The position numbers and the translations under genes are program-made. Shown here piece after piece: positions 55,814-64,000 of a DNA stretch of 64,000 nucleotides. The stretch covers positions 30,256,001-30,320,000 of the forward strand of contig OX597822.1 of assembly GCA_951406725.2 (NCBI GenBank). Reading direction: 5' to 3'. Source of the DNA: Octopus vulgaris. Lineage: Eukaryota. Each line of letters starts with the position of its first letter. The stretch's first letter is position 1. The notes beneath the pieces are model-generated. The model was not told the DNA's origin. It did no database searches and saw nothing but the letters and a program-made list of their open reading frames with translations.

Positions 55814-57067
55814 TACATCTTACTATCAATTTCACTAAACACTGGAATGTAATTTTTATATGTCAATGTAAATTCCAATGAGTTTTCAATGATGACATGT
55901 GGCTGCCAATGGGTTAGGTTATTGAATTCAGTGTCATAAGCTGTGGAGTTCAGTCTGTTTTGCTCTACTTTGGTCAGCTGAGAAGGAGTGCTTCTGTAAA
56001 GTGGTACTTAGTATTATTAAACTCAAATCTTGCAGATATAAGGTATAAACAGCCCTTAATTATATAATTTCAATTGTAGTCTGGCTGATTTTCACAGATT
56101 TTATTCTGAGGAATATAATTTCTGAGTTTACATCATTAGAATATGACTATCCAGAATCTTTTTTCTTTTTTTATCTGTCTTTGAATGTAAGATTAAAAAC
56201 ATATTGTTGGATACATGGTCATAAACTAATGGATTGGATAGGATGACATATTCCAGTCTGCATCACTTTGCTCCACTTAGCTGAGAAGGAGTGCTTCTGC
56301 AGAGTGATACTTGGCAGATTCATCATCATTATCACCATCATAATCATCATCATTTAGCATCTGCTTGCCATGCTGGTATGGGTTAGATGGTTTGACTACA
56401 GCTGGTATGCCAGAGAGTTGAACCAGGTTTTAGTCTAATTTGGTATGGTTTCTATGGTTGGATGCCCTTCCTAACACCAACCATTCCAAGAGTGTTGTGT
56501 CTTTTATGTGTCACTGGTACAGGTGCCTTTTACATGTCCCTGGCATGCATGCCTTCTGTGTATCACTAGCATGGGAGTCTTTTACATGTCAAAATCTTGT
56601 AAGATATCAACAGCCCTTGATGATGTCAGCTGTAATCTGAAGAATGATCTATTTTACAGTTTTTATTTCAAGTGATTTTAGTTTTGAGATTTAGGCATTC
56701 GAGTTTGGCCAACCTGAGCCCATCTCTTTATCTATCTTTGAATGTATATGTCAAAAATATTAACTTCAGTATTCGATTGGTACTTATTTTATCAGCCTCA
56801 GATAAGTAAATGCAATCTTGTTCCAGGGTAGGATTTGAATTCGGAAAGATAAACACAGATGTGGCCGAGTGGTTCAGAAACTTGCTTCCAGAATCTCATG
56901 GTTTTAGCTTCAGTCCAATTGCATGGCAGCCTGTGCAAGAGTCTCAGCTTGAAACAGTGTCAGTGAGAGAGTTTCAGGCTGTGCAAAGCCTTTGTGAGCA
57001 GAGTTGTTAGATGAAAACTGAAAGAAACTGTTGTATATGTATATATACGCATGCATGTGTGTGTGTA

Positions 57068-57102
<35 letters not shown>

Positions 57103-58499
57103 CCTTGTCTAGATAGCATGTGATTGTTTGTAAACAAGCATCACTGTTATACATGTGATGCTGTTTGTTTCGAGTCTTCTGTGGAAAGCATATCTGGCTA
57201 TGGGGAAATAATACCTTGCTTAGAAACAAGTGATGGTTGGTGACTGGAAAAGCATCCAAATGTAGAAAATCTGCTTCAAAAGATTTCATCTGATCCATGC
57301 AAGTGTGGAAAAGTAGACATTAAAAGGCTGTTGATGATGATGAATGCTAATGGATATACCTAGATATCACAAGTGCTTTCTGTTTTTTATCCAATTCCAA
57401 TTCTGTCAGTATTCTGCCAAATATTTAATTTTGATTATTTAAACCTCAGTATGGTCTATGCAATACAAACATTCAGCACAAAAGACTCTTTGTCAGACTG
57501 GCAGAGAAGCAGGAATTCAAATATGTTTGATGTACAGGAATAACTAGTTGTAGGGTTTGCTATAAAGCTTTTCCCACTGACTGATCAAATAGCTTACTAT
57601 ATGTAATTAATCGACTGTGTTATATATATAGGCTATTTATTCAGTATGTGGAATAATTGCAGTAAAATCACAGGAACGGTTGGGTGTTCAGGGAACTTTC
57701 ACCGCCATTGACATCAAAAGTTTGCTTTTTTATTCTTCTAATATAGACATATTTATTTGATCTGCTACTTACAGCAGTAAAATCCCCCTCAAATTGCACA
57801 TTTAAGAAAGGAAGGACACATTAAATAATGTAATTCTAAATTCTGTTGTGTCTGGGGAGAGTCTTTTTCTTTTTGTGCCTTATAATTTAACACACTCACC
57901 GGTAAAATTTCCACTTATTTCTTATTTTTATTTTCCTAAAATTTTCATTGCATCTTGCAACCTTTTCAATAGTTTTGGCTTCTAAATTCATTATATCTGA
58001 AAAGTAAAGGCTGGTTGATCATTGCTAAAATGGCATTGATCATAGGTTTCAACCATTAGGTCTGTTTTGGGGTGAATCAGAGACAAAAGGCATTTTCTTA
58101 TTGGGCAACCATTTGAAGAATACTTTAGATGGGTGATGATATTTGAGAATTTCAAAATTTATTGAAATGCATATACTGTGTACATCATTAGGGGGAGCTT
58201 ATATATGGTGACAGATCATATTGCAGAAAAGTCTACCAAATTACCCACAAAACATATTCTAACATTTTAAAAAGGAAAGACAGAATTTGGATTATAGCCT
58301 GTTGCCTTGTCTAAAATAAAGACAGAATGGTCATAATTGCAAATGAGAAAATCCCAGACAACTGAATTGATTCCAGTATTTTACTGGTTCTTATTTCATT
58401 GATACTAATTCGAACTTAGAACATTGATACTACTAATAATGATGATGATGATGAGGAGGATAATAATAATATTAATAATAATAATAATAGTAATAATAA

Positions 58500-58712
58500 T
58501 GGTTTAAAATTTTGCTATGAGGGCAGCCATTTAGTGGGAGAGGATGAGTCAATTACTCCCACCCCAATGTTTCACTGGTACTTAATTCATCAACCCTGTA
58601 AGGAGGATGAAAAGTAAAGTTGACCTCTGTTAAATTTGAACTCAGAACGTAAAAACAGATGAAATGCAGCTAAGCAGTTCGCCTGATGCAGTAATGATTC
58701 TGCCAGCTCACC

Positions 58713-58759
<47 letters not shown>

Positions 58760-58995
58760 CATAATAATAATAATAACATTAATGATGATTTTAAATTTTG
58801 GCAGAAGGTCAGCAATTTGGAGGTAAGTCAATTCTATTGAGCCCATTGTTCAATCGGTACTTTATTTTATCGACCCCAAAAGGATGAAAGACAAAGTTGA
58901 CTCTGATGACATTTAAAATCAGAGTGTAAAGTCGGAAGAAATACTGCCAAGAATTCTTCCTGATATAAAAAGAGTTCTGCCAGCTTGCTGCCTTA

Positions 58996-59085
<90 letters not shown>

Positions 59086-59164
59086 CACAATGATAATAGT
59101 AATAACAACAATAGTAACAGCAATAATAATAACAATAATAACATTAAATAAAATATTAGTGGTG

Positions 59165-59206
<42 letters not shown>

Positions 59207-59925
59207 AAATATTTCTTTTCGCATAGGAAGGAAAACTTAGGATTATTTGTAATGAGATATAGGAAAATGGGGGTGTTAATATACTTTTATTTATTTTCCC
59301 CCCAAATCACTAATGATGTAGGTTAAGTGGTTCTAAGAAGAAATATGAACCAGGCCAAAGAATAAGGCTCAGTAAGAATTTAATACTGCACATGGTTTTT
59401 GACCTCTAAAAACCAATCAGCAACAGCAATCATAATTACAATGAGTAACCATAATAATTATAACAATAATAATATTTTCTCCTAAAGGCACAAAGCCTGA
59501 AATTTTTAGTGGGGCGGGGGACTAGTTAATTAAATCGACCCCAGTGTTTCATTGGTATTTAAATTATCGACCCCCAAAAAGATGAAAAACAAACTCGACC
59601 TTGGTGGGATTTGAACTCAGAATAAAAGGACAGAGGAAATGCCTCTCAGCATTTTACCCAGCATGCTTATGATTCTGTCAGCTCATCCAACTTAATGATA
59701 ATAATAATCCTTTCTAGAAAAGGGACAAAGCCTGAAATTTTTTTTGGTGGGGGAGGCTAGTTGATTAAATCGACCCCAGTGTTTCACTGACACTTAATTT
59801 ATCGACCCCAAAAATATGAAAGGCCAACTTGATCTTGTTGGAATTTGAACTCAGAATGTATAAACAGACGAAATACAACTAAGTATTTTTCTCTGGCATG
59901 CAAACGATTCTGACAGCTCACTGCC

Positions 59926-59962
<37 letters not shown>

Positions 59963-59972
59963 TATAATAATA

Positions 59973-60004
<32 letters not shown>

Positions 60005-60900
60005 AACCAGTTACGTAGAACAACATAAATCCACTGCAAAATTTCCAAATCTGAGTGAATGGTGTTACCTTGGTACATTGTTGTTGGATATCTGACACGT
60101 TTTTGAATTTCCCTGTGAAGTTGCTATGTTAAACAACAATGGCAATAGCAATCCTTTCTACTATATGAACAAGACCTAAAATTTTGAGGGAAGGGGGTTG
60201 GTCAATTGCATCAACTACAGCGTTCCTCTGGAACTTATTTTATCAATCCAGTAAGGTTAAAAAACAAAGTTGACCTAGGTGGAATTTGAACTCAGAATGT
60301 AAAGATAGCTGAAATACTGCTAAGCATTTTGTCTGGCATGCTAATGATTCTGCCAGCTCACTGCCTTAAATAAGGGTTTCAAATTTTGCCACAAGGGCAG
60401 CCCTTTTTGTGGAGGGGGACTAAATCGATTATATTGACCCCAGTGTTTTATCAACCCCGAAAGGATGGAAAGCAAAGTTGACATGAGCAGATTTTGAAGT
60501 CAGAACGTAGCAACGGGTGAAATACCGCTAAGCATTTCATCCAGTGTGCTAACAATTCTGCCAGCTCGCTGCCTTTCACTGCTTTAAATAATAATATATA
60601 CAAGCTGACCATAATGCCAGACACCTTCATTCTGAAATCCATTCTATGAAACTAATCTTATCAATATTCTCTGAAGATAAGGTGGCTGGCTGGCAGAGTC
60701 GTTAGCATGCTGGGCAAAATGCTGTTAGGCATTTTGTTTGTCTTTATGTTCTGAATTCAAATTCTGCTGAGGTCAATTTTTGCCTTTCATCTTTTCAGGA
60801 TTGATAAAATAATTACTACTTGAACACTTGTGTCAAAGAAATCGATTTACCCTTCCCTTAAAATTGCTGGCCTTGTGTGCCAAAATTTGAAACCATATTC
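58500..60900 (-). mobile_element. Cluster of ~7 old SINE A copies (mostly minus strand) interleaved with (AAT)n
   Basis: Repeated tttgaactcagaa...gattctgccagctc units separated by AAT tracts; the last copy (60682-60897) is on +. Confidence 0.85.
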
Positions 60901-61589
60901 TTTGAAGAAAAACTTCTTACCATGCCAAAGAGATCAGAACAAAATCATTAGACTGTTTCAGTTTTTGTCTGATAAATTCACTCAGTGGGCTTTGGGCAGT
61001 CCAGGGTTACAGTAGAAGACACTTGCTCAATGTATCATACAAAGGACTGGTTTTTGAGAGGTGGGGATGGGGAGATTACAGGATAAGAGTCCAAGGAGAT
61101 TTGGTTGATATTTCTATAAGACCAAGCAACTACGTGGACATTCCTTCATTGGCTTATTTCATTTGTCATGTATGGCAACAAATGTATTTGTTTCACTACT
61201 GTTTGAGTAAGAGGGAGAGATGATGGCTAATTTGCTTTCAGCTGTTTAACAAACAGTAGTCTCCTACCCTTATGTAGATCAGTATACAAATTCATTGAAT
61301 TTCATTTCATAAACAAATCCCTCACTATGTTTTGTAAACAAAATAAAGGAAAATGCATAAAAACAACCTAAAAAGAAAAGTAGATTTATTTTAATGAAGA
61401 TGAGTAGGCTAATTTGGTCAGTAGTGTATCATTAGTCATGTATCATACCCTTCTCTAATAGGACACTGTTCTTGTCATATTTTAATCCTTACATAATATT
61501 TTGCTTTGAAAAATGTGTTTAAAATACAAGCATCTATCTATCAATCTATCTGTCCATCCATCCATCTATCTGTCCGTCCATCTGTCCGA

Positions 61590-61830
61590 CCATCCAGAAG
61601 AGGTCATAGAGACAGAGTCCTCAAGCACCTGCTCCAATTCTATCAGAATCAAGTGTTATTATATTTTTTAGCTGGGTTTCCAAGTATAACCAGCTGAGAC
61701 AATGGATATTATCCAATCATTTCATTCTTGGTCCACCTCTTGGTCTTCCTGCTGATTGGCTTTGCTTGAAGAATCTGTCTTGCAATCCTTTCCTGTGACA
61801 CTCTAGTCACAGGTCCATAGTACTGGTGCT
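61590..61830 (-). pseudogene. RTE-clade LINE 3' end
   Basis: YYGPVTRVSQERIARQILQAKP, then a frameshift, then GRPRGGPRMK-stop-LDNIH: a degenerate WxGHVxRM...GxRPRGRPRxRW terminus, followed by a (GATG/GGAT)n-like tail. Confidence 0.75.
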
Positions 61831-63250
61831 ATGACTTCTTAATGCTGGAAAATTGTGGCTCAAACTGGGAACTGTGTGTGTTGGACTTTGGTAGGGGTGT
61901 GTATTGTTACCTTACTTTTTCATAAATTTTTATGAATTGGATTTTATGTGCAGGTGGCATGTAAAAAGCACCCACTACACTCTTGGAGTGGTTGGCGTTA
62001 GGAAGGGCATCCGGCTGTAGAAACTCTGCCAAATCAAGATTGAAGCCTGGTGCAGCCATCTGGTTTGCCAGCCCTCAGTCAAAATCGTCCAACCCATGCT
62101 AGCATGGAAAGCAGACGTTAAACGATGATGATGGATTGGCATGTGCAACCATTATTGATGCTGTATCACAAGTGGTGGATAGAGGACCAATTGGTTGATA
62201 CTTGATACTTGCAGATGGCATGCCACTACTTGACAATGATATTGTGCAATCAGAGAGAAGTACAATACATGACTAATGATGCACTACTCAGCAAATTATT
62301 TTCCTGAGATTGATTAAAATAAATCTACTTTTCTTTAGAGATTGCTTTTATGCTTTTCCTTTATTTTCTTTAAAAATCATAGTGTGGGATTTGTTTATGA
62401 ACTGATGTTCAGTGAATTGGTATATTGAGCTACATAAGGGTGGAAATCACTGTTTGACTCATTAGAAGGTGAACTTCTAATGAACCATTGAATAGGTTTA
62501 TTGCTGAGTCCTGCAATGCTGGGATGAAAAGTAGTGCCATGAAGACTGAGGCTCTGATCCTCTCAAGAAATATAAGAATAGTACATGAACAGTATCTTAT
62601 TTCTTATAACAATCACTCTTGTTCTTAACATCCACCAGCATTCCACAGTACCACATTGACAGTTCTCAATCCACCCATACCAATGATATATTACTACTTA
62701 GATTATGAACCACTGGTTTTACATTACCTGGTGTGATAAAACATATTGAGATCGTTAAAATAGGAAAGTGAAAAATCATTAATTTATGTCTGTGTCATGC
62801 AATAATATACTCGTAGCTATCTGGAGAAGAATAAGACCTTGACAACTCAGCAAAATGCTTCAATAGAATGAAATGACAAAAAGAATATGCCAAAGGAAAA
62901 AAAAAAGTGTAACACATAAAATAAATATGAATAAAAGAGTAAATCTGGGAAAAACGAATAAAAAAGTAATAAAAATAGAATCTGCTGATCTGCAACATGA
63001 AAGGTTAGAAAGAAAATTACAATTGATCAGACAACAAACAGGTGACATCTTATCTAACTTTAGATGCATAAAGTTTAACATCTTCAGATATGGAGTGCTA
63101 ACATGAAAAGCTAGTTTGTATGGAGTTTATGATGTTTATAAGGATATTACCATAAGAACTTGAAATGACATCAAAAGTCTAAACTCGAAGCAGCTGTTTT
63201 TGCACAAGCTGTTCATGATGATTTTTAAGCAGAAGGACATAGTGATAAAT

Positions 63251-63588
63251 TAAAGACTATTTGGCAACGTAATGTGGTTGTCCTGGTTGGGATGAATATT
63301 ACTGTGGTTTAGTCCCAGGAAATAATGTCTCCAGCTGGCTCTACGACACAATATCTCTGTCCATATATTTTCGAACAGGGGAGTTGAGGAAGAGAAATAA
63401 CCCAGAAACCATGGCAGTCCACAGATATTGCTTTGTGCTGAGTGGGGATGCTGAACTTGCCTATTCGAAAATATAAGGGCACAGATAGTTTGTTGTATAA
63501 CCAGCTGGAGGCGGTGTTTTCTGGAACTAAACAACAGTAACATTTGTCCCAACCAGGACTGCCACATTATGTTGGCAAATCGTCTTTA
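63251..63588. mobile_element. Foldback MITE, ~135 bp arms (Kolobok-like TTAA|AG...CT|TTA ends)
   Basis: taaagactatttggcaacgtaatgtggttgtcctggttggga pairs with tcccaaccaggactgccacattatgttggcaaatcgtcttta. The superfamily assignment is inference. Confidence 0.8.
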
Positions 63589-63787
63589 CTTTAAAGTACT
63601 GTTACTGAATGTCTCTCATTGAGAGATTTAGAAATAACAATAATTCTGTTTATAGTGTTAAATTTGTTCTTCAAATTTTCATTTCATATTTCAAGAGAAA
63701 ACCAGGCTTGGTTTACGAGCTGATGATTGAAAATGAGCAATTGGAGCCATTCATTGTGTGTGTGTGTGTATGTGTATGTGTGTGTAT

Positions 63788-63824
<37 letters not shown>

Positions 63825-64000
63825 CATGTATATTGACTGGTTAACTGAGCTAACCTTTCATGCTGGGATTATGTATCTGAAGGGGCATATATACACATGC
63901 CTGAAAATGTATATGGACATGTATATATGAATATAAATGCATACAGTTTTTGCTGATCCAACCAGTAATGGAACAGCAAACTATATATGTATATATGTAT

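Noticed and set aside
62873-63106. Lys-rich ORF as a possible next plakin exon
   Set aside because: A-rich low complexity, no polypyrimidine tract, and no continuation of the spectrin-repeat pattern.

Overview
AT-rich, microsatellite-saturated animal DNA. The SINE families and the density of (TA)n/(CA)n/(TACA)n/(TCTA)n tracts look like an Octopus (coleoid cephalopod) genome; this is recognition by eye, not a database result. Nearly all ORFs in the supplied track are translations of microsatellites or SINEs and are not genes. The track misses a spliced + strand gene: three phase-0 exons (36256-36369, 38287-38415, 55133-55186) join into one reading frame resembling a plakin-domain spectrin repeat (desmoplakin/plectin/Shot-like). 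The rest is mobile DNA: at least three tRNA-derived SINE groups, fragments of CR1-like, RTE-like, probable Tx1-like and R4/Dong-like LINEs, several MITEs/foldbacks, and two local duplications. The most notable signals are: (i) three families of (TA)n-associated repeats carrying minimal Penelope-type hammerhead ribozyme folds with non-canonical cores, one sitting in a long palindrome whose arm begins at the predicted cleavage site; (ii) a SINE that shares its 3' tail with a LINE and repeatedly lands on a GTATTT motif found inside itself; (iii) R4/Dong-like elements sitting in (TACA)n versus (AAT)n microsatellites; (iv) an 8-bp-TSD MITE carrying TTAGGG repeats; (v) a switch to CpG-decayed repeats at about 50-52 kb. 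None of this is confirmed by search or experiment.
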